Source of the DNA: Leucoraja erinacea
Lineage: Eukaryota
DNA: 64,000 nt
Direction: 5' to 3'
Assembly (NCBI RefSeq): GCF_028641065.1
Contig: NC_073402.1
Coordinates: 17,608,001 to 17,672,000, forward strand
Under the pieces are notes generated by a model, which was not told the DNA's origin, made no database searches, and saw nothing but the letters and a program-made list of their open reading frames with translations. Positions 36,810 to 49,675 of the stretch are shown here, piece by piece (positions within the stretch are counted from its first letter, which is position 1; each line of letters opens with the position of its first letter). A program made the position numbers and the translations under genes.

Positions 36810-37657
36810 ATAGACTCCAGGTAGGCGGCGCGACTCTCGTCAGCAGCGGCCTCTGCAGCCCGTCCGCGTTTTTATTATTTTTTGTCTATGTTTCTATGTA
36901 GTTTTTGTTATTTTTTTGTTGGGGTGTGTGTGTGGGAGGGGTGGGGGCAACTTTTAAATCTCTCCCTGCACGGGGAGACGTGACCTTTTCTGTCGGGTCT
37001 CTGTTGTCGTTGGGGCTGCAACGAGGAGCGGCCTCCAACAGGAGAAGACTGGGGACTCTGGTGCCGACGACTCACCTCACCGTCGCGGAGCTGGCCGAGT
37101 CCGGAGCGGGTGGAGCGTTGGTGGAGCCTGCTGCTGCTGCGGCCCGATCTCCGGAGATTCGGAGGCTGCAACTGCGGGTCTGGCGGACGGTGGCACCGGG
37201 TGCCCGCGGGTCCCTGGAGGGAGACCGCTTTTCAGGGCTCCTGCAACGGTGACTTCTCCCGCCCGAGTTGCGGGGTTGGAGAGCTCCTGGAGCGGGGCCT
37301 GACATCACCGCCCCGCGCGGCTTGGAATGGCCGCGGGACTCTGCGAGCCCACGCCGGGGGCTCTAACACCAAGACCCGGTGTGCGACCTTGCACCACCCG
37401 GCGTGGCTTTAATGGCCGCGGGACAATCACCATCGCCAGCCGGGGGCTTTGACTTTGACTCTGACATCGGGGGGGGGGGAGAGTGCAGTGGAGAGATAAG
37501 TTTTTTTTTGGCCTTCCGTCACAGCGATGTGATGGATGTTTATGTAAATTATGTTGTGTCTTGGGTCTATTTGTTTGTAATGTATGGCTGCAGAAACGGC
37601 ATTTCGTTTGGACCTCAAGGGGTCCAAATGACAATTAAATTGAATCTTGAATCTTGA
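36810..37657 (+). mobile_element. GC-rich non-autonomous retroelement with 3' stem-loop and (AATCTTG)n tail
   Basis: Sharp GC/CpG-rich block; 3' end TTGGACC-TCAAGG-GGTCCAA hairpin, gacaattaaa, then tandem tail; second truncated copy at 3337-3460. Confidence 0.65.
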
Positions 37658-38334
37658 CACAATTGATGGAGAAACTCAGCGGCAGCATCTATGGAGCGAA
37701 GGAAATAGGCAACATTTTGGGCCAAAACCCTTCTCCAGCAATTTTGTCTACCTTTGATTTTCCTGCATCTGCAGTTCCTTCTTGAACATGTGCAACACCC
37801 AGTATCCATGTAAAAGTAGATAGAGATAGGACTTGTGACTGCATCATCTCACCCAATATTCTGGGATCACTTTAAATGTGTTTTCATGTTAAATTGTAGT
37901 ACACTATTTTCTCAAATATTATACAGGCATGCAGATCGTTGAAGTTATTACTTAATTTCACCATTTAGGCATGTTTTACATTTATTAAACCAAAATTACT
38001 TGTGGGTGGTCACATAATACAAATCAAAGTTGTGTTTGGATAATCCAGAACAAAAAAACAAAATCTTAACCTACACGCAATCTTCCACAGATGCTTTTCT
38101 CATGTGGGCACTAAGATAAACAGAACCGCTTGCCTTCTGAGTTTCCTGACAGTTGATGCCTGACCTTGGTTTGGCATCTAATCTTTGTGTTACAACCAGT
38201 GCTGGAAAATTTCTGAGAAGCAAATGCCATGATAAAATTTTCTGCAACTTTGTGGCATGAAAATCAATGCTCCATTTCAACAGAGTAAATTTTGCAAAAT
38301 GTATTGGTGTAATTTAAAAATATACTGCAAGATG

Positions 38335-38868
38335 AAACATAGAAACGTAGAAAATAGGTGCAGGAGTAGGCCATTCAATGTAATCATGGCTGATCATCCA
38401 AAATCAGTACCACGTTCTGGCTTTTTCTGCATATCCCTTGATTCCCTTAGCCCTAAGAGCTAAATCTAACGGTCTCTTGGAAACATCCAGTGAATTGGTC
38501 TCGACTGCCTTCTGTGGCAGAGAATTCCACAGATTCATAACTCTCTGGGTGAAAAAGATTTTTCTCATCTCATTCCTAAATGGCCTACACCCTTATTCTT
38601 AAACTGTGACCCCCCCGTAGTTCTGGACTCTCAAAACATCGGGAACATTTTTCCTGCATCTACCCTGTCCAATCCTCTGAGAATTTTATATGTTTCTATA
38701 AGATACCCTCTCATCCTTCTAAATTCCAGCGATTACAAGCCCAGTCGCCCCATTTTTTCATCATATGTCAGTCCTGCCATCCTGGGAATTAACCTGGTTA
38801 ACCTACGCTGCACTCAGTAGAAATAATGTCCTTCCTTAAATTAGGAGACCAAAATTACACACAATATA
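38335..38868 (-). mobile_element. CR1 LINE 3' fragment
   Basis: CR1 3' UTR (aggtgcaggagtaggccattc...) and degenerate ORF2 end. Confidence 0.85.
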
Positions 38869-39760
38869 GTTCTTGATAGCTAAATAAAATATAATGGTTA
38901 GGATTTTAAAATAATGTTCAGATAAGTGTACAAAATATATATTCTGCTAAAAGGACAGAACAAACTAAAGGTTATGAAACTTCATCAATGAATGATGACA
39001 TAGAGGAACGAGTTGGGAGAAGGGTAGAGGTACATATTAAGTACATCAACAGTTGGGGAGTACGTGCCAAGAGAGTACAAAATGGGTAGGAAAAAAGTCA
39101 AAATCATTCAGAATCAAGGTGGACCTATGAACTTAACAAGGAACTTAAAACAAATAGCAAAATATTGTTCATACATCAATAAAAATGGCAGGTTAAGGTG
39201 TAATGGGGTAGATGGTTAGATAGAACTGATGAGCAATAGATGGTGAGACGAGGAATGAGATTATTCGGTTTAAAAAGCAGAAGAGCTATATTAAATAAAT
39301 TAATCAAGCATAAAAAAGTAAAACCCCTGATCTGGATAGATTGCATATATGTGGAATGTGGCCTCACTAGCATTCATAAAGGGTCAGGAAATTCCTGGGA
39401 TTGCTTCTTTCACCAGTTTGATGAAATGCGAGTTAAATGTTCTGTACAACGGTGACTGTCAGATCTTTCCACTGTACCACAACTACTATCCCATGCCTTC
39501 GCACAGCCTCAGCACACCACCGTCGCAGCATCAATGCATTTGAAGTATTAAATGCCATAGAGATCCGTTTACCATCGCCAATTCTCTGCTAGTTAAATAC
39601 AAATGCATCTTGTAACGTCGCAACCGGAGTACTGGATTCAACAGATTGAAGCCATTCCTGGCCAAAATCTTGCTCTAGTATCTTTGTTCCTGGCCACTGA
39701 GTGGAGACCAAGGATCATAGATCAGAGATCTCCGCTCTGGTATCTTTGGTGGAGACTGCA

Positions 39761-39783
39761 TCACGTGATTTGAATCATGTGAC
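39761..39783 (+). promoter_or_regulatory. CLEAR-like/E-box motifs (candidate TFEB/MiT-TFE sites) in the ppt1-A promoter
   Basis: TCACGTGA (39761-39768) and TCATGTGAC (39775-39783) immediately before the ATG of a lysosomal hydrolase. Confidence 0.65.
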
Positions 39784-39792
39784 TTGGGTAAA

Positions 39793-39913
39793 ATGGCTGC
39801 GCACGGAGCGAGGTTGTTGCTGCTGCTCTTCTGCTCCGTCCTGGAAACATTATCATGGCAAACAGTCCGCAATAGCACGCAGCCGCCTCCCGTGGTCATT
39901 TGGCACGGCATGG
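39793..39913 (+). CDS. ppt1: ppt1-A exon 1
   Basis: [40 protein letters not shown]|gtgagt. Confidence 0.9.
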
Positions 39914-42900
39914 GTGAGTACAAGGAAACAAAATATCAAATATATTGACAATTGAATATATTCAGGAAGTGATTGATCTGATATTTTTCTGTCCCTCTTT
40001 GGTAACAAAATCGTTGATGCTTTATACTGATGTGCAACTCATAAACAGTTAATTCAGAATTATTTAAAACGTCAATTGGAACCATTCAGTGTTTGGTGTA
40101 GCATTATTCTCCTTGATATGGTCTTGTAGTCTATGGTTATTTGTGATATTTGAAACGTAAATGCATGCATTTTTAGCCTTGTATAAAACTAACTTCCTCG
40201 CATCGTCAACAATTCCCATTGCACTGTGTTCAAGCTTTGAGATCACGAAATATAGAAATGAAAGTTGTTAAGGCGCTCACGGGAAAATCATTCTAAATAC
40301 GCATTTATTAAAGTTATGCAAATATTTTGTGCCAGAACTTGGAAACATACCGTTATCTAGTGTTCTACCCTTACTTTTACATTCTAATGTAACTCATACA
40401 GATTTTAAAAAATCAATTGATGACTTTTATGAAAGAAGAAAATTACTATGCTATTGTTAAGATTTTATATTGTGGTGATTACTATATTTTTTATTATCCT
40501 GTACAATTTACTCACTTTAGGTGACAGTTGTTGTAAAGGACGTACCTTGCATTTCATCAAACTGGTGAAAGAAGCAATCCCAGGAATATATGTCTTGTCT
40601 TTGCAAATTGGAAACAGTATTAAGGAGGTGTGTGTGAGAAAAAATGTAATGATAACAACTGAGCCAACTTTTTTTATGTAATTTTTTTGTGCTCTTAATA
40701 ATCATGTAACTGTTTTATTTTATTTTTTTTAAAGGTTTGCACAAAAAATGATACTGAACAGAGCTGACATGGATTTATGAAATGAAAACCATGTTTGACT
40801 ATTCTATTGGAATAGTCTATTCTTTTAGGTACATCAAACTAAGTGAAAATGGGGGATGGGGTGTATTTAAATGTTATGCCTTTGACTCCTTTTTAAAGCA
40901 TACCTTAAAATCTGCCCTTTAAACTACAGTTTAGGTTGTCCACTCTAATGACTACCTGTATCTTGTCAAATGTTGTTTGGTAACACACCTGTGAAGTATT
41001 CTGAAACAGTTCATTACGTTAAAGGCACTACATAAGTAAATGATTTGTTGTACTGAATATTGTGGTTATTAGTTGTAATGAAGACCGCTTATATTTCTTT
41101 AGAAAATAAAACAAAGGGTTGGATCAGGCAGTATCTGCGGAGGGAATAGACAGATAATGTTTTGAGTCACGACCCTTCTTCAGACGATCTAAGATTTTTT
41201 TGTGTCTATTTCTTTTAAAGTTGTTTAAAGATCCCTTTTAGCAAGTGGCCCCTAGGTGGCTGTAATGTATAATGAGATGGATAAGATTTGGGCTAATTCT
41301 TTACCCTACTTTCCTAACCCATTGAATAATGTGACTTTTACATTTTGTTTAATCAATGTCATTTGAAAGTAGATACTGAGTGCATGTAGGTTAAGCCTTT
41401 TGTTCTCAGACTTAAACAAAAACCAAAACAAATAATGGTGCTAAAAAGTTGAATGTTGCCTGAAATTATCCCATAACGCACATTCACTTCTCTTGGTTTA
41501 ATTTTAGGATAGGGAACAATGCTGAAGATGCTTTCAGGCTGAATATTTGGCAGATAAAACAATATTTGTATATCCTCTTATAAAGTTTCGTTTTATATTC
41601 AATTTCTGCAAATCATGGCTCCACACTGACCACCCCCGACACCCACCAGTTCCACCACCACCACCACCAAATATGACTACCAATAAGTGTTTTCTTCATG
41701 GTTGCTTTGGGTAGTTTTATCGATAGCCCTGTTTTTATTAATCCATATAGTTATTTTTGCAGGTTTGTGATTGGAGGTAAATGTGGCAAAGACTAATGCT
41801 TTTGAATCTTTCATTCATTTTTGCACAAATCTGAGGCATGTCATGGGTGGGTAATGAAAAACATAAGCATTCGATTATAAATTCAATTAGTTGGGCTACA
41901 ACGTAAACCAAGAGTCTGCAACCAGAGAGCAGCTAATGCTATAGTCCAAGGAGTGAAGCTGTGAACATATCTATGTGGTTCACCACATAGGTTCATAGTA
42001 TTTTATTAAGATAAAAATGAAGTGGATGTTGCAAGATTAACACAATTTAGACATACTGAATTATTATGTTAATTATTAAATGATTAAGAATTAAACTGCC
42101 AAGTTTCAAAAATCTAAAACGCATTCTAGATGTATTGTTAATTATACAATTCCTCAAAGTTGATGTGTATTAGGAATCTTTCTTTTTAGGACATTAAGAA
42201 CAGTTACTTCATGAATGTAAATGATCAAGTAGAGTTGGTGTGTAATATATTATCCAAGGACAGGAAGCTGAAGAATGGATACAATGCAATGGGCTTCTCT
42301 CAAGGTGGCCAGTTTATGTAAGTGTGACCAATAGGACCATTGCATTGGGGAAAAAAATGTCATTTGTAGAACGTATTCACATTCCAAAGTATTTTGCAGC
42401 CAATTAAAACAGTTTTGTAAAATATAGTCAAATAAGGGGTATTTTATAGTTGGCTGCTCAGTTGGCAGATGGAATTCTCTCATCAATGATTCTGTATCCA
42501 TTACAGAAGAGCTGTAGCACAGAGGTGCCCTTCTCCACCTATGATTAATCTTATCACATTTGGAAGTCAACATCAAGGTAACATTTAAAGTTCATTGTAC
42601 TATTTGTTCCATTTTTTTCTATTGTAAGGACTTATCTGCCAAGCTACACTGACTTCCCACACTCTACAATGCCCACGCCATTCTGCTTCCTAAACCGTTC
42701 TCGTATTTACCATTACCATCCCTCAAAAGCTACTGCAGGAAACAGAAACTAAGGTGCATTATTGTGAAATTGGTAATAGTGTTCCAACGTTAACTTCAGT
42801 AAATCCATTCAGCAAGTTAATTTGGAGAAGCAACCTTCTTGAAATTTCCTTCAATTGAGATCAATCACTGCACAGAAACTGCATGCACACCAATGATGCA

Positions 42901-45900
42901 CTCTAATCAAGAATGTTATCATCTCTATTTGTTCTATCGCTCCAAATTTGTCATGCCATTTGAACGCAGACTACTAAATTTAAAATGAAACAAATAGTTA
43001 GATGAAGCATAAGGTCATATGGTAGTACAGAAGGAAAACAGGCCATTTGGCCCAACTCTGCCATGGCGACCATTGGACACCCTTCCATATTAATCCCTTC
43101 TCCAGCACTTGGCACTCCAACCTTTTGTCCAAGCAATTTCAAGTCCTCATCAAGGGACTCTGCTTCATCCACTCTCTCAGGTAATGCACACCAGCAGGCA
43201 AGATGAGTCAGAACCGATCTGGAACCAAACATGCAATCATTACCGCAAATCATATTGAATGTACCAAAAGCCTGAACCTGCAGATTTCACATTGTATCAA
43301 CATTTTTATTAACACGGAGAAAAAATTCAGATCTTTAGATTAGATTATTTTATCTCTTGCACCTGCCTACCCCCCCCCCCCCCCCCCCCCCCCTTTCCAC
43401 CTTCATTTTCACCACTAGGGGTGTATGGTGTTGATGGTGTATTGCATCAACTTTTTTATGAACAACGAAAACAATTCTGATCTTTCATTTAAACCAAGTT
43501 ATCATTCTATCTTTTGCACCTGTCTCTCCCCACCTTTCATTTCCACCATGAGGAGTGTACGGATTACCCCGCTGTCCTGGAGAAACTTCTCAATTCTGCG
43601 ATTGGATAAGGAAATTGCTGAACGTTGGTGCTTACAGAAACTCCATTCAAAAGCAGTGAGTACCAACACTTATGTTTGAAGACACTTCCATCTTGCACTT
43701 ATTTCATGAATTGCCTGACTAGTCAAAATTAAGGCAAAATTGAATCAGTAAATATATTTTTGTGCACATATACCCTTGTCTTTTCCAGTGGGTTTTTTAG
43801 AGAATCGCTGCAGGTTTCTCTTCTGGAACGTCACCTTTTCTAAACTACAGTTTTGGTTATATACTCTAACTTCGTGTATCTTTAGTTTAGAGATACGGCA
43901 CATAAACAGCCCCTTCTGCCACGAGTCCTTGCCGATCTTCGATCACCTGTCAACGCTAGTTCTGTTATCTCACTTTGATGCCTTTGATGTGTATCTTTCC
44001 TTCAATTTGAAATTACTTTCTTACTAGTTTGGTGCAGGCAGAATACTGGCATGATCCTCTGAATGAAGAACTTTACAGGAGCAAAAGTGTTTTCTTGGCA
44101 GACATTAACCAAGAAAGGGTATGTGGTCAATATTATTTAATTATTTTGCTTCACGTTGGAAATTCCAAGTAGTGAACTCCATCCATGAAATGTATCCAGC
44201 CACCATTACGAATCACTTTGTATCTAATCATTTTTGTCCAGCACTGCGTTCCCTTTTGTATCACAGACTATCAATTTTGCTGCTGGTTTTGAGCATTGTT
44301 ATATAGTGGCAACTGAGTTTCAATATGCAGAATAGATATCAGATGATATTTTAATCTGGTTTAAATGTTCCTTTGGGAATGTAACAGCCACCAATATTGT
44401 GTTGCAGGGCATCAATGAAAGCTATAAGGAAAATTTGAAATTAAACAAGTTTGTAATGATAAAATTCTTGAAGGATTCTATGGTTGACCCTATTGATTCA
44501 GAGGTGAGAATGCAATGTTTTGATTCTGTATATTTAATGGTACTTTTTGGTATTAATAGTTGCAGTTTTATAAAGTTCTATAAAATGCTGCTTTTAGGAC
44601 TTTCTTGTTCATATGGATATAGCTGTAATATCAGCTACACTTCTTCCCATCTGCATGAGCATCTAAATCTACTATCTGCTCCCTTATTTTATTTTTTTTG
44701 GACTATAGTTTATGTGGAATAAATGGGTCATTGACAGAGAAGGAAACTCATGACCTAAAGCCCTATTGTCTCTCCAGTTACGGAAAGCTGGGCCATCTCC
44801 TCCAGCCTGGAGAGGGACCGGAGAGAGAGACATGATCTCTTGTAGTCCACTATACTCTTGCCTGTATCCTTGGTAGCTTAGGACAGCGTTGAGAATCTGT
44901 TCAGTTAAGAACTGATTTAATCAGAACAACAAAGTTGGTTATTTCCGGATAAAGTTACTAGGAAATCTAACAAGCATAAGGATTGATGGCAGTTCAGAAT
45001 TCAGCAACAACAAACCAATATATTGATTAAGAAAGGTGGAAAATTCATATTAGAGTAATTTCACTTCCCATGGAGGTAGTGAAATGACAGTTTGTCAGAC
45101 TGATTCTTGGGATGGATGAACTGTCATATTTTAAAAAAGGTTGGGTTCTTTCCACCTGAGTATTGAGTGAAGATCCTAATTTCTACTCCTACTCTTAATT
45201 GTCTGCAGGCTCTTAAGTCCCTGTTAAAATGAAACTAAACATTTTAAAATAATTGTTTCAAAATTCAAGCAACATCACAAGATGTACGGTGCTTTATATG
45301 ACACAAAATGATTCATTCTGAATTCTGTTCCAGTGGTTTGGTTTCTATAAAGCTGGCCAGGCCAAGGACACATACACCTTGCAAGAGAGTGCTCTTTATC
45401 AGGAGGTAAACTTTAATTTTACTTGTAATTTCCCTTTTTCTATAATATACAAAGTTAATTGTTAATTGTTAATTGATATGATTTGTTGCTGTCAAAGCCA
45501 CAATTTAATACTCTCTGTGCTGAGCCATCATTTTGATTTATTTCATTCTTTGGAGCAGAAATTTGATTTTGAGTGCTACAATTTATGACTTGGCAGTGAG
45601 TAAGGAACAATGACATGTTTCAGAAGTGTCTGACTTGGTGAATTTGCATCTGGTGGCATTCCCATGTGTGTGCTACCTATGCCCTTCCAAGTGGTAAAGA
45701 TCTCGAATTTTGATGTTGAAATGTAAGATGATGTGCCAGAGGAAGGGAGAGTGAATATTTAAAGTAGTGACTAGGGTTCCCATCAAGTAGGGTGCTTTGA
45801 CCTGGATGATGGTTTGCAACACGTTCATCTACGCTACGGAATGTGTTTCAGTAACTCTTGGCGTCTGACTTGCTCAGTTGGCCAGAGTATTTAGGATGGG

Positions 45901-46431
45901 TCAAATGAAGATTCTGGGATGTGGCAATGCTAATACGCAGGTCTAAAACACTGCTGTTTTTCTGCACCCCCCCATTTCAATTGTTGTAATATTCTGATAG
46001 GAGTATAGCCAATCAGACTAGTTGTACCAAAATTTGGCTAGATGGGGTCCAGATTCAGTTGTTGGTGTGCACTATATTTCATGATCTCAACTGAAGAAAT
46101 GGTGAGGTGGTCAGCTTACCTGCTTAGATCATTGTTTAGCAACCACTGGTGGAAATGCCAGTTGTGCAAGAATATTTATGGCTTGGATAAAACAGAACCT
46201 TTGGGAGGCAGGAATGGTAGTCAGATGAGCAATTTACCAGGAGCCACCAAAACCCCAAGAAATGAGTCTTGAATAGAAAATCAGTGAAAATATTTATTTT
46301 GTTTCCAGGATCGATTGGGGTTGAAGGCAATGGACAAACTGAACAAACTGGAATTTCTAAGCGTGGATGGAGATCACCTTGAATTCTCACAGGAATGGTT
46401 CATCACCCATATAGTTCCTTACCTAAACTGA
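39793..46431 (+). CDS. ppt1: Palmitoyl-protein thioesterase 1, copy A (divergent), 303 aa; exons 39793-39913, 40521-40627, 42190-42317, 42507-42577, 43553-43655, 44028-44118, 44408-44503, 45334-45405, 46309-46431
   Basis: Signal peptide, VIWHGMGDSCC, GFSQGG nucleophile, KFLKDS (catalytic Asp), GDHL (catalytic His). 9-exon PPT1 structure; frame open (912 nt including stop). Confidence 0.92.
40521..40627 (+). CDS. ppt1: ppt1-A exon 2
   Basis: [36 protein letters not shown]; 107 bp. Confidence 0.9.
42190..42317 (+). CDS. ppt1: ppt1-A exon 3
   Basis: [14 protein letters not shown]...[13 protein letters not shown]; 128 bp. Confidence 0.92.
42507..42577 (+). CDS. ppt1: ppt1-A exon 4
   Basis: [23 protein letters not shown]; 71 bp. 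Confidence 0.92.
43553..43655 (+). CDS. ppt1: ppt1-A exon 5 (GAG acceptor)
   Basis: [33 protein letters not shown]; 103 bp. Confidence 0.85.
44028..44118 (+). CDS. ppt1: ppt1-A exon 6
   Basis: [30 protein letters not shown]; 91 bp. Confidence 0.92.
44408..44503 (+). CDS. ppt1: ppt1-A exon 7
   Basis: [32 protein letters not shown]; 96 bp. Confidence 0.92.
45334..45405 (+). CDS. ppt1: ppt1-A exon 8
   Basis: [24 protein letters not shown]; 72 bp. Confidence 0.92.
46309..46431 (+). CDS. ppt1: ppt1-A exon 9 coding part
   Basis: [40 protein letters not shown]. Confidence 0.92.
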   Translation, partial: DRLGLKAMDKLNKLEFLSVDGDHLEFSQEWFITHIVPYLN

Positions 46432-47767
46432 TCTTGTTAATGCTGCAGCAGATGAACAAATCAATTTGACCTAAATCAAAGCATCTATTTCCTTGCAATA
46501 TAATTTCTATAAATACTAATTCACTCAAAATATAATTAAGTTCAAACATAAATCATCCTTGTGACCATTCTACAAAGACAGTACCTTTTTTGTATAAAGG
46601 GGATCAATTCTGTACACAGCTTCCTTATAAGATGTGAGGTTTGTCTTGAACCTTTATTTTATAATGTAAAAATCACACCTAAGACAATTTGATTGACATA
46701 CCACAGCCCCATGAAAACCATTCTTCATCTTATCTGTTTGTCCAAGTCCATTCATTTCTGTGTCAGTGAATTGGTCCACTGAAGGAAAGGTCAGCCTGTT
46801 CAAAGATTTGACCATCGTCTCACACAGATGGTTTGATGGGAAATACTCTGTGTTTCTAAACAGTTTGAAAAGCTGCTGAATCGGTTTCTGTTCAGCAATG
46901 ACTTGAATATTAACATTTCTAAAGGCTCGATAATTAATCCAGAGTCACTAGGTGCTATTTCTGTGGATTTGTAAGTTCTATAGCTTGCTAAACCACAGGT
47001 TCAGAGGAAGTTCCCAGTTCCTTAAACTGGTTTCCATTTGAAAAGTTCATTTAAAAAAACCTTTGAGTGGGCTGCAACCCCTGCTTTCCCTCTCTCCGTC
47101 CCTCCCCTACCCTAGTTTCACTGTCCTCCTGATTAATTTTACTGTTGTATGCCTCGTCACCGACCCCACAGTGAACAATGAACCATTCTACATTTCCCTA
47201 ATCATCGTCTGCTTTGATCTGTCATATTCGTACCTTTCCCTTCGTTATGTCTAGTTTCCCTCCCCTGACTCTCAGTTTGAAGAAGGGTCTTGACCTGAAA
47301 CACCACCCATTCCTTCTCTCCAGAGATGCTCCCTGTTCTGCTGAGTTACTCCAGCATTTTGTGTCTATCTTTGCTGAGTATGAAGCTTGGTGACAAGACC
47401 ACAAAATCAGAACAGATTTTGAACTCTTTAATATTGGGTTTATGTGAAATGTTACTTACTTTTCTTAAATGGCAGTGTACATTAACATTTGCTATATACT
47501 ACTGAGATACCAATCACTAATTGAAAAGAATGCAAATTTTGCATCTGAAATGTTGTGAACATTATGTACAATACATTATAAAACGTGCATAAAATGCTGA
47601 AATGGCCACAATTTTCTGTTAAGGTGTTGCATAGTGATTAGTAATGTATTAAATTTTGAAATTGCGTTCTCATTTTTAAGATTCATGTTTTCAAAAGCTC
47701 CACTGCATTTCAAAATGACCACATAAAGCATGCATGTACATTTTCATTTTTTCCTACTGTTGTATTA

Positions 47768-47773
47768 AATAAA
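47768..47773 (+). terminator. Candidate polyadenylation signal for ppt1-A
   Basis: AATAAA; further AATAAA near 47859 and 47895. Confidence 0.4.
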
Positions 47774-49675
47774 ATTCCACTTACATTTTGAAACTCATCT
47801 GCCTTTGTTTATTCAAACCACAATGTGGAATTATTTTATAGACACTTCTAACTCCTAGAATAAAGGTTTGCAGGTGTGGTGGGACCGAGAGACCAATAAA
47901 AAGTATACACTTTTTAATTAAGCTACTTTTTGGTACAATGTGGCAATATAAACTTAACATTGCTATCTTAACATGGATTCCATCTAGCTATTTCCATTTT
48001 CATTTCATATTTTGTTTCTACTGGGAACAAATGCATTGGAAAAGCCACCGGTGTGTAAATATGTGAAATAGATAGAATGTGGGATTGGGTGAATGCACAG
48101 TCTTTACCCAGTCATGTTATCAAAATCAGAGGACCGGTTTAAGGTGAGAAGGGAAAGATTTAATAGGCTTTAAAGGAAACCTGAGGGGCAACTTTTTTTA
48201 TACAGAAGGTGGTGGATATATGGAACAAGCTGCCAGGGGAGGTGGTTGAGATAGGAACTGTAACAACATTTCAAAGACATCTGGACAGGTAAATGGATAG
48301 GAAAGATTTCGAGGGATATGGGCCAAACACAGACTGGTGGGACATGTAGATGGGGCAACTGGGTTGACAAGGGCAAGTTGGGCCAAAGGACCAGATTCTG
48401 TGCTGTATGACTAAATTGCCTAATAAGCATATGAGGAGAATCTGCAAGATGTTAAGATATGTATTCCTTTTCTCCAGCGATGCTGCCTGACATGCTGAAT
48501 TACTCCAGCATTTTCAGAGTCTGTGATCACGTCAGCATTTTTCGTGAATGTCAGAGATTGGAGTAACTCAGCATCGCCCTTTTACACAGAAAAGCTGGTT
48601 AATTAGGCATTTCGCTGATCGGGGGTGGGGGTGGGTGGGGACAAGAAAGGGAAAAGGAGGAGTAGCCAGAAGGCTGGAGGGTGGGAGGAGACAGCAGGGG
48701 AGCTGAGGAAGGGGAGGAGACAGCAAGGACTAACAGAATCCTGGTTCATGCCAACAAGGAGGAGACCCAGGACAGAGAGGTCGGAGGCGGAGTGGGAGGG
48801 GGAGTTGAAATGCTGAGACCGGGAGGTAACGGACCGAGCGGAGGTGTTCGCAAGTCCGCTTGGTCAGATCTGCTCTCTGGAGCGGAATCCCTTGCATCTC
48901 TTCTCTCTCTGTCCATCCTTCCCCCACCCATTGTACTAGTATCACTGTTGTCCTGGTGAGTTTCATTGTATGTATAACTCGATTTCACCTACCCCACAGC
49001 TAAAAAGATACTGTTTCCTTTACCATGTTTAAGAAAGAACTGCAGATGCTGGAAAAATTGAAGTAGACAAAAATGCTGGAGAAATTCAGCGGGTGAGGCA
49101 GCATCTATGGAACGAAGGAAGAGGTGACATTCCGGGTCGAGACCCTTCAGACGTTTGTGGGGGTGGGGCGGGAAGAAGAAAGGAAGAGGTGGAGACAGTG
49201 GGCTGTGGGAGAGCTGGGGAAAAGAGGGAGAAAGCAAGGACTACCTGAAATTGGAGGTCAATGTTCATAACGCTGGGGTGTAAAATACCCAAACAAAATA
49301 TGAGGTGCTGCTCCTCCAATTTGCGGTGGGACTCACTCTGGCCATGGAGGAGGCCCAGGACAGAAAGGTTGGATTTGGAATGGGAGGGGGAGTTGAAGTG
49401 CTGAGCCACCGGGAGATCAGGTTGGTTATTGTGGACTGATTTGGGGAAACTATTGAATGTATGTACAGCCTCCGAGAATGTCGGATGGAATTTTGTATGG
49501 ATCTTGTATATAATTATTTCTCGTATAAAGTATATTTTGAGAATTTAAAAAAAGTTATTGTGGACTGAGCAGCGGTGTTGGGCGAAGCCATCGCCAAGCC
49601 TAGAGCAGCTGACACCTAGAGCAGCGATGCAGTAAATGAGGTTGGAGGAGGTGCAGGTGAACCCCAGCCGCACCT

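Noticed and set aside
36905-37660. Cluster of ORFs on both strands
   Set aside because: GC-rich repeat interior with no protein motif.
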